From positions 131,440,001-131,504,000 of the forward strand of contig OZ024745.1 of NCBI GenBank assembly GCA_964016885.1: a stretch of DNA of 64,000 bases, in the 5' to 3' direction. The DNA comes from Eledone cirrhosa. Lineage: Eukaryota. Within the stretch, counting starts at the first letter, position 1; each line of letters begins with the position of its first letter. The position numbers and the translations under genes are program-made. Positions 25,346 to 39,660 of this stretch are shown here, piece by piece. The notes beneath the pieces were generated by a model that did not search any database, was not told where the DNA came from, and was given only the letters and a program-made list of their open reading frames with translations.

Positions 25346-27365
25346 TATGTATGTGTGTGTATGTATGTATATGTGTGTGTCCAGGTGTGTGTTATACCCT
25401 TATTAAACAGAGAACTCAATACTTGGGACAGTAGGATGTGACTACATTAGAAAGAGTTGGGGCCCGACAGCTGCGCTCTTGCTGTTTCCACAGCAGCTTC
25501 AAAACTAGTGATTTCTTATTTAGACAAAGTTAAATTGTTCAATGCTTCTATGTATTAATTGGTATTATATAACAGCGAAGATAAAAAATAACTCCTGTAA
25601 TAGCACATGTAATAGCACATGTAATAGCACATGTAATAGCACATGTAATAGCACATGTGTTGTACTAACTTGGTCCTTTTTACTGCTCGTATGAGGGGAA
25701 ATAGTAACTTTCACTGAAAAACAATATTGTAAAGGGATAAGGATAGGATAAAGATCTCATAATTCCTTGTGGAGTCATAGAGGCACTGTCATATGGTGTG
25801 TCTCGGGTACTTTTAAACCTGGCAGAACCCAACCCTCTCTGGGTCTGAACACAGCCGATTTTTTTCTACAGAGGAAGAATCAACCCCAGTACTGAACTGG
25901 TTCTTTTTTTATTTTTTTATTGACCTTGAAAAGATGAAAGGCAAAGATAATCCCAGAGGGATTTGAACTCAGAGCATGCAATGAGGTGGGGAGAATACTG
26001 TAAAGCATTCTATCCGACATCTTAACGACTCCGTCAATTCGCCACCTTAATATTTTAAAAGACAGCTTAAAAAAAAAACACCCAGCAAAGACGCCAGAAT
26101 TTACAACTTTATTTTTTTCAAATTATTGGAAAAATATTTTAAATACAATTTATCAATCTAATAAGATTTATCAATCTAATAAATATGTTTTTCCTTTTCC
26201 TCACTTTTATTTACTCGCTTTCCTTGTATAGTAGATCATCATGCAGTACATACTGTCAGAAAGTCTTCACAGGTAAACTCCAGTATTGATTATTGTATAA
26301 AATAAGAGATATTGAAGAGGAAACTACAGCAGCAACAGTAACTACAATAACAACAATGTACCATCTGTTGGTGGGACAATAATGATTTCTGATTAAGGCA
26401 CAAGGCCAACAATTTAGGGGAGGGGGGGAATCGATTAAATCAACCTCAATGCATTACTGGTACTTTATTTTAATGACCCCCATAAGGATAAAAGGCAAAG
26501 TTAATCTTGGCAGGATTTGAACTCTGAACGTAAAGGGCCATAACTATGCTAGCAAAACATGTTTCCGATGCCCTACTGATACTGCGAATCAATTACCAAT
26601 TTGTGTTTGCACATTTATATTTATATACTCATACATATAAATGTATGCATATGTACACATACAAACACACACATATGCATCAGTGTGATGTTAAATATTT
26701 CTGCAATATGCAGTGTACATTCCAAAGATTTAAAATACATTGAATGTGTTCTTAGTTTTAAATTATTAGTCACACTGAGAAAAATGAACACAAACACATT
26801 TTCGTTATTGTCTTTGTACAGAGAGAAATGTAAGAGGTTTCTTCACAGATAGTTATTCATCAGATGACAAGTAAACATCCTTATCCTTTTGCCAATGAAG
26901 AGAGGCTATAGCATTGGCAATTTATGTCAAACACAAACTAGAACTTTACTAAAATGGCCAGTCTAATTTGGCGAGGAGAGAGAATTGTGGGGGGAGAAAG
27001 AAAAGAAAATGGAGAGAAAAAGGAAAGAGATTGAATGGATGCAATAACCAGTAAACTGGAACATTAAATTGACAACACGGTGGTCTCTCAAATAGAAGCT
27101 ATACATTGCTAAGAAATGGTAACACCTTTAATAGAATATGTTATGCTTCATTGAACCAGGAGAAGGCTAGAATACTAACGAGTCAGATGTTCTCTGAAAT
27201 TGTCGTTATATTTAGGTTAAAAATCTTATTAAAAAATAAAAGATGGAAATTATTGTTATCATAAAGGTTTTGTAATTAGTTTTCATAGCACAAAATACTA
27301 ACACTTGCCCTTTCTCCAAATATAAAGCAGTAAATAAAAGCAGACTAGCATATCTTATTCCTTAA

Positions 27366-27575
27366 CCCTTTAATGTTCAAACCGCCCAGAATTCTCTATC
27401 TCTTTCTGTTGAAACTGACTGTAACTGGTCGCTCAAACTGATGTTAAGGTATTGTTTTCAAAATAAATACTTTCAAAATCTCATAGATTCAATATTATGT
27501 GAGATAATTATGTGAGGTAAAGCCTTTACCATGAAAATATAATAGTATATATAGAGTAATGTGAATGCTAAAGGG
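27366..27575. mobile_element. piggyBac-type MITE
   Basis: TTAA flanks and CCCTTTA...TAAAGGG termini. Related copies lie at 41679-41882 and about 22990-23333. Confidence 0.75.
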
Positions 27576-28859
27576 TTAATTCATATTGCACAGCTGAAGT
27601 TCAATGGAAGAAGATACAAATGGTTGGAATAAGATGGTTTCAATTGAGCAGTGATTTTGGCAAGTAACCACATTCTAAATAGAATGCAAAATGCTTCACC
27701 AAACTCACCGTATAGTCCTTATAGCCAAGTTTTGCCCATAAGTTTCAAATTTTAAATACAGAAGTGGTTTACAATATCTTTATTTGTCTTATAACCCTTT
27801 ATTTATCTATTTGTTTATTTTTAGTGTGTGCATGAGTTAAAGAGGGGCACAGAGAATTAGTTATATTTGTAACCAAACCAGAGTTGGCAGCTCATGGCAA
27901 TGTCAAATATGTAATAGAAGGAATACAATGTAATGCCTTTAATGATTGAAATTATGGCTCCAATGAACAAGAAACCAACATTTCTCCCTGGTAATTCATA
28001 CTTATAGGCAACGAATTGGCAGTCATTAGAATGTCAGATAGAATGTTTTGCAGTATTTGTTCCAGCTTTCTGCTCTCTGAGTTCAAATCTCACTGTGGTC
28101 AATTTTGCCTTTCATCTCAAGGCCAATAAAAAAAGTACCAGTCAAGTACTGGGGTCAATCCTTCCTCTATATCTCTTTTCCACCCTCCTCCCGCTTCTCT
28201 CTCATTTTCTATTCTTTTCTGAAAGACATCTGCTGTATTCAGACCTGGAGAGAGATGGGCTCCATCAAGAGTAAAATGCCCAAGAAACACTGTACTGGTA
28301 TACAGTGCTCCTACAACTCTATATAGATTTACAGGACCCTACCCTACCATACCATGCCCTATCCGACTCTACCATATACTATCCTATCCTACCATGCCCT
28401 ACCCTATTCTACCCTACCATGCCCTACCCTACCATACTAATTCAAACTTATTTGACTATTCCAAGCAGCAAACACACATGTATGCTCCAGCAACCAAACA
28501 CATTCACTATTGTAAATCACAAATACAAATGAAAGACTGCCTACATGGTTCAACACTAACCACAATGATTTGCTGAGCGAGGCACAATTCTATTTCTGTC
28601 AACTCTTCAGTCTTTTCAGGTCTTCCTCGTTGTTAAGTGATTAATAGCAGGAAGAACGTTTGATGTAAAATTAATTGCTTCATCAAAACCCATCCCATAC
28701 TTTTTTTAACCCTTAAAAATAGATTTTATTCTCTGAATACCTTTCCATAGTTAAATGTTGGCAGGGACATTTCAAATATATTTGTTAATTATTATAAGAT
28801 AACACTGTAAAGTTAGACAAAAAAATGTTTAAATGAAATGAAAAAAAAAAGGAAAGGGA

Positions 28860-29265
28860 AAAAGGAAAAGGATAAAAGAAAATGAAGCAATGAGGGAAAT
28901 GGAGGGAGAGAGGGAGGGAGGGAAGGAGGGAAGGAGGGAGGGAGGGAAGGAGGGAAGGAGGGAGGGAGGGGGGGTGAGGGGGGAATGAGGGGGGAGGAGG
29001 GAGAGAGGAAGGGAAGGGAAGGAGGGAGAGAGGAAGGGAAGGGGGGGAGAGAGGAAGGGGAGGAGGGAGAGAGGGAGGGGAGGAGGGAGAGAGGGAGGGG
29101 GGAGGAGAGAGGGAGGGGAGGAGGGAGAGAGGGAGGGAAGGAGAGAGGGAGGGGAGGATGGAGAGAGGGAGGGAAGGAGGGAGGGAAGGAGGGAGAGAGG
29201 AAGGGAAGGAGAGAGAGGGGGAGGGGAGGAGGGAGAGATGTAGGGGAGGGGAGGAGGGAGAGACA
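28860..29265. repeat. Polypurine (GGA/GGGA)n tract
   Basis: Directly visible. Confidence 0.95.
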
Positions 29266-29314
29266 GACTACACTCCTGTCTGAGTGATGATTCAGCTGTG
29301 CCTTATAGCCATAA

Positions 29315-29525
29315 TGGTTTCTTATGTAGGCACAAGGCCAGCAATTTTGGGGGTAGGGAAAAGTCGATGAAATCGACCGAGTGCGTGACTGGTACTTTAT
29401 TTTATCGACCCCGTAAGGATGAAAGGCAAAGTTAACCTCGGCGGGATTTGAGCTCAGATCATAAAGGGCCGTAACTATGTGGCAAAGCATGGCGTCCAAC
29501 CCTCTACCGATACTGCCAATCCACT
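29315..29525 (-). mobile_element. Meta-core tRNA SINE copy
   Basis: Family sequence as at 42528. Confidence 0.8.
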
Positions 29526-30714
29526 GAACTCAGTGGGATTTGAACTGAGAGAGCAGAGAGCTGAAATGAATACTGCAAAGTATTCTATCCAACATTCTAA
29601 CAACTTTGCCAATTCGCTGCCTGATATAGACAAATAAATTATTTCAATTTTTATGTAGGAAATCAAATAATTAATTCTACATAGCAATATACAATTACTC
29701 TTGTTCTAAAACAGAGCATGTTGTCTTGACAACTGAATGATTGCAATTTTGAAATCAATTAAGTCTTGATCTTTGGTGCTATCTGGACAAATACTCCAAT
29801 AGATTGCAATGGAAATATATGAGAAAACAACTTAATGCACCTTAGGAAATACAAAGTATATATCTTCTATTGAAGAATGTATTTATTTAGTCTTGTTTAA
29901 ATTCTACATTCAGTATCGTGTAAGACTAGTTATATATTCATCATTATCACCACCATTGTTTAACATCAGTTTTTCCCAGTTAGCATGGGTTGGATATGTT
30001 ACAGACAGGTCACTACTGATATAGAGTCTTTAACCTCCACATGGATTAGAGACCTGATGTATGATCCTGCACTCTGTCATGGTCTAACACTAAAGAAGTT
30101 GTCATGTCTTTGGCATAGCTGAAGAGTTTTCCTGGCCTTTTGTTTGCCAGGTTTTCTATGGTTCGATGCTCTTCCTATCACCAACTACTTGACAGAGTGT
30201 ACTAGGTGATTGCTTATCATGTAGATCACAAACACTAGGAAGGTTGTCATGTCTATGGCACAGCTGTAGAGCCCACCCAATCCTTTGTTTGGTAATTTTC
30301 CTATGACTGGATGCCCTTCCTATCACCAACCACTTTACAGAGTGTACTGGGTGTATTTATCATGTAGATCACCAACATCAATACAAAATTGATTCATTCA
30401 TATGCTTTACAATGTTTTGCACAATTTCTCAAATACTTGAAGTAAAATTGAATAAATATTAAGTTATATGTAAACAAATTAATAGTGAGATTAAGAAATC
30501 AATATTTTGAGTTGTAATTATGTATCAGGAATAGAAGTTGGATGAAAAATATTTAGTTTCAATTCTGCATCCATATAGAATTCTTATTCAAATCCATATT
30601 CCTTAGTTTTCTTAGAATCAGATTATTAAAAAATTCCCCATAAGCCACATAAGGAAACCTGCTTTACATAATATTGTTTAGGGTTTTATTCTCAAATTCT
30701 AAAATAAACAAATA

Positions 30715-31155
30715 CTCTTACCTATGATCATAAATCTTGGCTAATGACCAAAAGAATATGAATACAAGCAGCTGAAATGGGGCTCATCCAAAGGATCTTT
30801 CGAATAACATTATTTAATAGAGTGCATGGCTCAGAGATCAGAGAGTCACTCCAGGTAGAGCTGCTACTTCTCTGAATGAGAGATCACAGCTCTAATACTA
30901 TGGGCATAGGGTTAGAATGTTTCAGGAAAGAATCACTGGACAGATTTTATAGGCAAAGCCAACTGGCAGCAGACCCAGGGGTAGACCCCGAGCAAGATAG
31001 TTGGATAACATCCACGGGTTTGGCTGGTCTTACTTGGGGATCCAGTCGGAACAATTGGAGATGATTGCTTTTGACAGGACTCACTGGAAGGAGTGTTTGA
31101 GGACTCTGCCCCACGACCCTCTCAGGAATAAGTGGGAGAAGAAGAACAACAACAA
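30715..31155 (+). mobile_element. RTE-clade LINE 3' fragment
   Basis: Homologous to 8035-8331 and 55183-55622; (GAA/CAA)n tail. Confidence 0.75.
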
Positions 31156-31999
31156 CAAATACCATGATACGTAATGAATGAATTGAGAACAAAAACAAAT
31201 AAAAAGCCTTTGTACTTAGTCAAAAGAAGCCATTCACAAAGTAAAACGTCTCTAATTACAGGTATTACAGAAGCTGTTAACCTTCATGTCTCAGTGAATA
31301 ATTAAACAGACCAACAGTTAAATCTAGTTGTCTAAGAATACTTACCCATTTAAGAAGTCATTAATGTTATAGGATCTCTTTACAATTCACTTCTAATTAC
31401 TGGTGGAAACTGACAAAAATAATTTAGTTTTACCTCTCCAATAGAAGTCAGGAAGAAAACATTAACGTCTTAAATTAGATATATAAAAACTTTGTTTTAC
31501 TCTATGATAAAAACACAATCTTATCATTACTGTCTATTGTATGTCCATATTACAACTGTTCCTATATTGGGTAAATCTGTACAAACTACACTATCATCAT
31601 CTTTTAATGTCTGTTTTCTATAGTTGCTTGGGTTACACAGATTATCACATACCAGTTTAGACTAGTCAGGTGAAAATGTCTTGCTCATATGATTTATTTT
31701 TGGTTTTGTTTCTGCAGTTGGATGCCTCTCCTAATGCCAACCACTTTACAGAGTGAACTGGGAGCATTTTATTGTGACTCCAGCACCTACCACCTTACAC
31801 AGTGGACACTATATAATTAGATATGAACTCCATAACCATTTTCAATTCCTGGTTACAGTCACTCTGATTTCTAATGCCCTTAGCCACATAACCTTATTTC
31901 TAACACTTTTCTCATAAGATGGTAATGAAGGCCTCAATAGAAGCAAGTCTATTGAGTTCCATGATATAGCTGAGGATTCTCAGCTACTGAGCCAACACC

Positions 32000-32400
32000 A
32001 TGTCACATTGTCCTTTCTCTCATCACTCAGCAAAGCTGTGAAATGCAAATTTCAACATATTTCAGGCATGGAGAGCTAACTGGCAATTGACATCTTGACC
32101 AGCCCAACTGAATGTCAACCTCTATACAGCCTTCCTCCAGGCACTGACCTCTCTCGGGATGAGTGGATGTACCTGAATTACCTATACATAGGTGTCAGTT
32201 GACTCAATGCAGCCATGCACCACTGGGGGCTGCAGCCATGCACCACTGGGGGCTGCAGCCATCAGCAGCTTGCCAGTGGGACTTGCCATAGCAGACTGCA
32301 GAACACATACTGAGTGGGTACCTGAACCTTTGCCCACCTGAGAATGTGGACCATATTCCTCCTAATCCCACTATCATGAGCTAGTTGCAGCACCTGGGGG
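32000..32400 (+). pseudogene. Degenerate Ingi/Vingi-like LINE C-terminal fragment
   Basis: PGTDLSRDEWMYLNYLYIGV..LNAAMHHWGL resembles the PGxxLPRxxWxxLNRLRTGxG...WG motif. Confidence 0.45.
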
Positions 32401-32579
32401 ATGTCACATGATTGCTGTTCCATATGCAAGAAGATCATTGTTTTATGTCTATTTTCCATGCTTTTCTGAGTAAAGATTATACAAAATTTAAGTCAATCAG
32501 TGGCTCACACTGGAAAGACAGACCAAAGAAAATAACTGACGATGAGTTATTTACAAAATTAAACTGAAGAACGTAGGTA

Positions 32580-33006
32580 TCCATACTAACCCTTGCCTAA
32601 GGTCATGAATCTTGGGTAATGACTGAAAGAATATGATTGCAAGCAGCTGAAATGAGGTTCCTCCGAAGGGTTTTGGAGCAACGCTACTCAACAGAGTGCA
32701 TAGCTTAGAGGTCAGAGAGTCACTCCAGGTAGAGCTGCTGTTTTTCTGAATTGAAAGATCACAGTCTCGATACTATCGGCATGTAGTTAGAATGTCTCAG
32801 GAAAGAATCACTGGACAGATTTTATGGGCAAAACCAACCCAGGAGTATATCCCGAGTATATCCCAATGGTTGGATGGTCTTGCTTGGAGATCAAGTCAGA
32901 TTATTTGGAAATGGTTGCTTCTGACAGGACCTGCTGGAAGGAGTGTTTAAGGACTCTTTCCCTACGACTCTCTCAGGAATAAGTGGGTGACGAAGAAAAG
33001 AAGAAC
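32580..33006 (+). mobile_element. RTE-clade LINE 3' fragment
   Basis: Same family as 30715-31155. Confidence 0.75.
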
Positions 33007-33689
33007 AGGTATTTCATTAGAAATATGGTAATGAAAGTGTTAAGTCAAAACTGGGAACATTAGGCCATTGCAGATGAGATGAAATTAGTAAAACACATAA
33101 GATGATGCTGTGTTTAAAATTTGTCCATGGAAAAAGTACATTAAATGATGATCATCATTATCTTACTATCATAATTAAGATGGAACCATATGTCTAAAAT
33201 CCTAAATCTTACAAATGTATGCCCAATGCTCAGTAGTAAGGATGTGAGGCCTATGGTTAAAACGTTAACCACAAAATTCTTCAATCAACTACTTTCATGG
33301 CATAGTTTAAATCAATCACAGCTGACTAAACATATAAAGAAGATTACTCAACAATAACAACAGCAGCAGTAATAACAGCTCATTGTTGGCCTACTTCTGT
33401 CCAGGTTGGCATCTGCTACCAGCTTGCAATTCAAAGTAAACTGATATACCCATGCAGAATTTTTCCTTGGTGTACTCAATGATATACCAAGTAGGTGTTG
33501 ATATTCTAGATGATAGCTGCAAAAATTCTCCATCATTTTAGCTTATGTCATTTAGTTCATTTATACTTGATTAACCTTAATCCATGCCATTGGCTTCTTT
33601 CAGATATTTCTCGGAGACCAATTTTGTATAATATTACCTCAATGATAAATATGCTAATTGCTTCCTCAATTCATTGGCAATACTAACAA

Positions 33690-33720
<31 letters not shown>

Positions 33721-33729
33721 TATATATAT

Positions 33730-34168
33730 AAAATCAAAAGATGGTTAAAAGAGTTCCATGTATTTTATTATGTGCATTTCAAAAACAAATATCATGGGAT
33801 GATATTTGTGTTCTCATCAGATAAAATAGGGAGACATGATATGAAGCTTAAAAAACACTTGCGAGCAATGAAGTGTTAAATCAACATATGTATGCCCAAT
33901 GCTCAGTAAAACACATGTTGATTTAACGCTTCATTGCTCGCAAGTGTTTTTTAAGCTTCATATCATGTCTCTATTTTATCTGATGAGAACGCAAATATCA
34001 TCCCATGATGATATTTGTTTTTGAAATGTACATAATAAAATACATGGAACTCTTTTAACCATCTTTTGATTTTTTATATTATTTTTGCTCCAGTCCTATA
34101 AACTGTTGAGTGCTACTTATCCGATATTTGCATTGCTTTATTGTGCTACAATAAAACTCACCTCCTAC

Positions 34169-34170
<2 letters not shown>
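33730..34170 (+). mobile_element. Fold-back PLE-like mini-element in (TA)n
   Basis: Inverted arms of about 160 bp (33730-33891 and 33911-34073) with a few mismatches, an HHR in each arm, and a unique tail containing ttgagtgct. Confidence 0.85.
33972..34042 (+). ncRNA. Minimal type I hammerhead (mirror copy at 33761-33828 on -)
   Basis: 8-bp stem I tattttat/ataaaata; CTGATGA at 33980; stem II caaatatcat/atgatatttg; GAAA at 34023; palindromic tgtaca; UA cleavage site. Confidence 0.85.
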
Positions 34171-34235
<65 letters not shown>

Positions 34236-34964
34236 CACATTAATATACAAAATCTTTACATAACAAAATAAGGTGGGAAGGCAGATAATGAAAACATGAT
34301 CTATTTCTTCCCATCTACTCAATGGACTACAAAAATTATATTATTTTTGTATATGTCAGATAAATAAACCAAATCAACACGCGGAATACAATTAACAGAA
34401 GTTTGCCATAACATCTGCCAATTTCCTTTTGTTTTTGTTTCTTTTGTAATTTGGTACTATTTGAGGAGAACCAACCAAAATGTTAGTTGAGCAGGAACTT
34501 AGATGCTGGCAGAGTTTTCAAGCACAAGATGAAAATAGTTTGGAGTACGAATCTATTGATGTTAATCACTGCAGTAGCTTAGGTAGGTTCCCCCACATGT
34601 CTCATCACATCTCTAGGGATGTGAAATGCCAAACAAAACAAGACTATCTCAAACTGTATATGTGTGTGTGTGTATAATATATATATATACACACATCCAT
34701 GCTGAAAACACTCACACCTCATCTTTTCTATCATTTGTCTAAACATATAAAACTACTTGCTACATCAATTGTGTGAAGCAGTGACCTATATAACATATGG
34801 AAGGACATAAGTGCTACAATATTGATATGTTACTTCTCTGTCATCAGATAGAAACATGTCTCCTCATGTAGCGATACACACCTGTTAAGGGGGAATGGTC
34901 TTTATTGAAATACCACATGATAAACTTGTTTAATTATATGAACCTGCATGTATATGTCGAAATA

Positions 34965-35478
34965 AACAACCACCACCACACTCACCACCACCACCACCAC
35001 CACCATCATCATCATCTCCACCACCATCACCATACCCACCACCACCATCATCACCACCAGCACCATCAGTATCACCATCGCCGTCACCACCATCACCAGC
35101 ATCACCATACCCACCACCATCACCGTCATCATCATCATCACCACCATCAACATCAGCATCACCACCACCGTCACCACCACCATCACCAGCATCACCATAC
35201 CCACCAGCACCATCGTCAACATCATTACCGCCATCACCGCCACCATCATCATTAGCATCACCATCTCCACCACCGTCACCACCACCATCACCAGCATCAC
35301 CATACCCACCAGCACCATCGTCAACATCATTACCGCCATCACCGCCACCATCATCATTAGCATCACCATCTCCACCACCGTCACCACAACCATCACCATA
35401 CCCACCACCACCATCGTCACCATCACCACCATCACTACAATCACCATCACCATCACTACAATCACCATCATCATCACT
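34965..35478. repeat. (CAC/CAT)n compound trinucleotide repeat
   Basis: Directly visible; source of the poly-H and GD ORFs. Confidence 0.93.
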
Positions 35479-36934
35479 GTTAGCAACTATTTTCAAGGTT
35501 TACATGGGTTAGCCAGGTTGTCGTGACCTGAGGCCAAGACAGTCAAGTAACCAAATCCTGCTTGTATGCTCCGTTTTAGCTTCGTTTCAACAGTTCTGTG
35601 CCCCTTCTTAACATCAACCACTTTACAGCATGTATTGTGAGCATTGTTTCGTTGTCTTTCCAAATGCCAACCATTTTATAGTATTTCTGGGAGTCTTTTA
35701 CCATGGTTCCAGTACTACAGGGTGGACTGGGTACTGGTCATCGTGACACCAGCACTGTTCCTTTATAGAGTGGGCTTGATGTATTTTATTGTGGCATCAG
35801 CAATATCTCATTAAAACACTATAGTGCTCAGTGTCCGGTCCAAATCAAATCCTAACAGTAACACATTGAAAATCGTTCAACAGTCTTTGAGATAAAGAGA
35901 GCAGAGTTAAAATCTTTATTAAACCCCAACAAATTATTAACATTGAAAAAAAATTGTACTGGAGGCAATCCATTGGTTATGATCCAATCAACAGAACAGC
36001 CTGCTCAGGAAATTAACATGCAAGTGGCTGAGCATTCCACAGACAAACGTACCTTTTATGTAATTGACAGGGAGATTCAGTGTGACAGAGTGTGTGACAA
36101 GGCTGATCCTTTGCACTAGAGGTACAACTCATTTTTGCCAGGTGAGTGGACTGGAGCAATGTGAAATAAAGTGTAAAGTGTCTTGCTCAAGGAGACAACA
36201 TGCTGCCAGGAATTGAACTCACAACCTTACGATTGTGAGTCGAATACACTAACCACAGAGCCACATTCCTTCAATAGTAAAGATTTAAATTACATTTTAT
36301 TTTTTAGTTACCTGTTCAGGTACAGTGACTTCATCAATATTCAATCAAAGGTGCTTTTATTGATCTTTTATTTTACTATTTAGTGAAAAGGGCAAGAGTT
36401 ATTGCCAATAACCTATCACACTGCTGTTAACCTTTATAGGTAGTCCTTTAGTTTGGTCTGCAAGGAGCAATGATGTTTCTATGTTTCCTCCTGTTGTATT
36501 CCTGTAATGTTTTCATATTAAGAAAACATTACAGGAATACAATGATGCCACAGTTGATTACCAACTAAATTAATTAGAGAAATATAAAAATATACTGAAG
36601 TGAAAACCAAACCAAACAGTGTGTGTTTTACTATATTTATCTGGCAATATTATAACAACATGACCCTCCCCAAATATAACAATATCTGTTTCAACACACG
36701 ATTTCATATGAAAAACTTTGCAAAACAAATACATCATTAAGTATATGTGATGCGAGACAAACTACAAACCTTCCATCTCAATTTTACTTTTGAGAAGCAT
36801 AAGAACTGTGAAACCGGTAAAGGAAATAAATAAATATTCTTAAAAAGACTCCATTTGCATTTTTAATTTCTTTTCCTTATATTTTCACCTGTGTAGGACA
36901 TCTGGTTTTTTTATTTAAAAAAACTCATTTTCTT

Positions 36935-37247
36935 ATCATCATCATCATTTCATTTTACGTCCACTTTTCCCTGCTTGCAAGGGTGGGACGGGAACTGATT
37001 TTGGCTTGATTTCTACAGCTGGATGCCCTTCCTAACACCAACCTCATTTACAGTGAGTGCTGGGTGCTTTTTTGCCATGGCACCTCCACGACCACTTTGC
37101 AGTGGAATAAAAGAAACCAATTCCTTATCATCTCATTTCTACAGCTGAGTAAACTGGAGCAATGTGAAATAACACATCACCCGGTCTGAGAATTGAACTC
37201 ACAACCTTTCGATTGCCAGGCCAATGCTCTAACCACTAAGCCATGTG
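36935..37247 (-). mobile_element. tRNA-head/RTE-tail SINE copy
   Basis: Close to the reverse complement of 25008-25345. Confidence 0.85.
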
Positions 37248-37256
37248 CCTATGTAT

Positions 37257-37287
<31 letters not shown>

Positions 37288-37472
37288 CACATATACATAC
37301 ATATATACATATACATTCACACACACATACATACACATTCACACACACACATTCACACACATACATTCACACACACTCACATTCACACACACACACATTC
37401 ACACACACACACACATACATATATAAGGGTGAAAGCAGAGATTCTTTGCTTAAACTTTAATCTGTTATTTTA

Positions 37473-37520
<48 letters not shown>

Positions 37521-37889
37521 CAGTTTTGTTTAAAAATTAGGCTGTGTGGTTTCAATGATAAAATCATCAAAAAAGCCGTGTGAAGAGAGAGAAGACATAT
37601 GTAGAGCAATAAGCAGCTGGAGTCTATGTTACATTTATATCTGTACATAGTACAGAGTTTATTTGAGACTTTGGTTATTTAGTGCACAATTTAGTATTTA
37701 TTGAAATTAACTATAAACACATCTAGTAAAGATATGTAAATTACTAAGTTCTTTCATGATGATTACATCATTTACAGAGTTTTATAAGGTCATAACTTAT
37801 GTATTTCCTTGTGATTATCAGATGTACATATTCTCTGATATGTGTGTATATATATATATATATTAGTTTTCCATACATTTGTGTGTGTT

Positions 37890-37935
<46 letters not shown>

Positions 37936-37941
<6 letters not shown>

Positions 37942-39237
37942 GTGGACGGTATTTGTTCGCAATTTTCAACTGCTAATTTTATGCAAATATCTTTTACTTC
38001 TGTTGTCACTCTTGTCTTCATAAAAACTGACTATATTTCCATTATTTATTTTCAGAATAATTGATTATGAATAATTTTGAACCTCCAAATTTGTGGAAGA
38101 GACACAGAGTTCTTGGAATCCGCGCCGGGAGGACAAATAAGGAAATTTCAGACTTTCTCAGTGTGAACAGGAGAATGGTGGAAAAGGTAAGAAAGGAATT
38201 GGAAGAATCAGGATTCGACTACGAAGGAACATCAGAGAGGAAAACACATGATCGACGATCTGACGCCTTCAGAATGCCCGAGTTCGTCACTGAAGTTCAG
38301 GATATCATCAACAATGAACCTAGCAAGTCGATGCATGCCATTGCAAGGGAGAAAGGCGTGGATGAAAAGCTCATTAGACTAGTGGTACATGAAGACATTC
38401 GCTACGTCTCATACAAGATGAGGAAAGGACAATTTCTGCCAAAGGCGATGCAAGAAAAGCGACTGAAGCACGCAAAGAAGCTGATCAACAAGTTGAAACA
38501 CCCACTGGAGCCAGACATGCTGTGGTTTTTCTCCGACGAGAAAAACTTCTGCCAAGACCAGAAGATCAACTCCCAGAACAACAGGTGGCTCGCTGTCTCA
38601 TCCAAAGACGTGCCCAGAGTCATGCAGACAAAGTTTCCAGCAATAACATTGGTCTTAGGTGTCGTCAGCAGTCAAGGTGACGTCATGCCACCTCACTTCT
38701 TCCCTGAGGTCCTCAAGCTGAACACTGATGGCTACATCCACGTTCTGAGTGAGGTAGTAAAGACCTGGATCGACCAGGTAGCTGCAGGTAGGCCTTACGT
38801 GTGGCAGCAAGACTCAGCGCGCTGCCATACCAGCCAAAAGACCCAACCCTGGCTGTCAGAGAACTTCGTCGACCACACTTCATCTGACATCTGGCCTCTC
38901 AGCTCGCCTGACTGCAACCGCCTCAACTTCTTTGTGTTGGGTGCAGTGGAACGAGATATCAACAGATTTAGTTGCAATATGAAAGACGATCTGAAGGCCA
39001 GGATCACAAGTGCCTTTAGGGGCCTAAGTCGGGGGACAGTGACGAAGGCCTGTAGCCGGTTCTGAGGCCACTTTGAGGCCGTCATCAAAGCCAATGGCTG
39101 GCTTATCGAGTGAGATCGAAAGAACAAGTCATGAAGACAAACTGACCCAAGTTTGATAAATATATCTTAAAAAATAAAACTACCATGTTATTTTTTCCTA
39201 GACAGTAATCTTGCGAACAAATATCGTCCGCACCCTG
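37936..39237 (+). mobile_element. Tc1/mariner superfamily transposon, maT (DD37D) type, 1.3 kb
   Basis: 27-bp TIRs (tagggtgtggacggtatttgttcgcaa / ttgcgaacaaatatcgtccgcaccctg) flanked by TA. Confidence 0.92.
38061..39113 (+). pseudogene. DD37D transposase, inactivated
   Basis: WFFSDEK, WQQD and SPDCNRLN, with 37 residues between D2 and the third catalytic position, which is N. A premature TGA at 39063 precedes ...FEAVIKANGWLIE*. Both changes are consistent with CpG deamination. Confidence 0.88.
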
Positions 39238-39660
39238 TATTAGTTTTCCATACATTTGTGTGTGTTTACATATATATATATATGTATATATATATATACA
39301 CAATGGGACAACTCGTCTAACCCATGCTAGTGTGGAAAAATGGACTTTAAATGATGATGCTGATCTCTAGGTAGTCACAAAACAAAGGATTTTTACATGA
39401 GAATAGGATAAATTGATGTTATGATGTTCATACCTTTCCCCCAATAAAGTTCTGATTCACAAAGAAAATGACAAAGACAAGTGTTTCTATAACTTCTCTA
39501 TTTAGATAAGATGGTTGACAACGGAAGACTGTGTGGAGGAAAGATGGCCAGAAAAAGACATGTCTAACTCATAAGCATGGAATAACATATGTAATGATGA
39601 TGGTGATGGTGATGGTGATGGTGATGATTATGATGATGATGGCGATGATGGTGATAGTGA

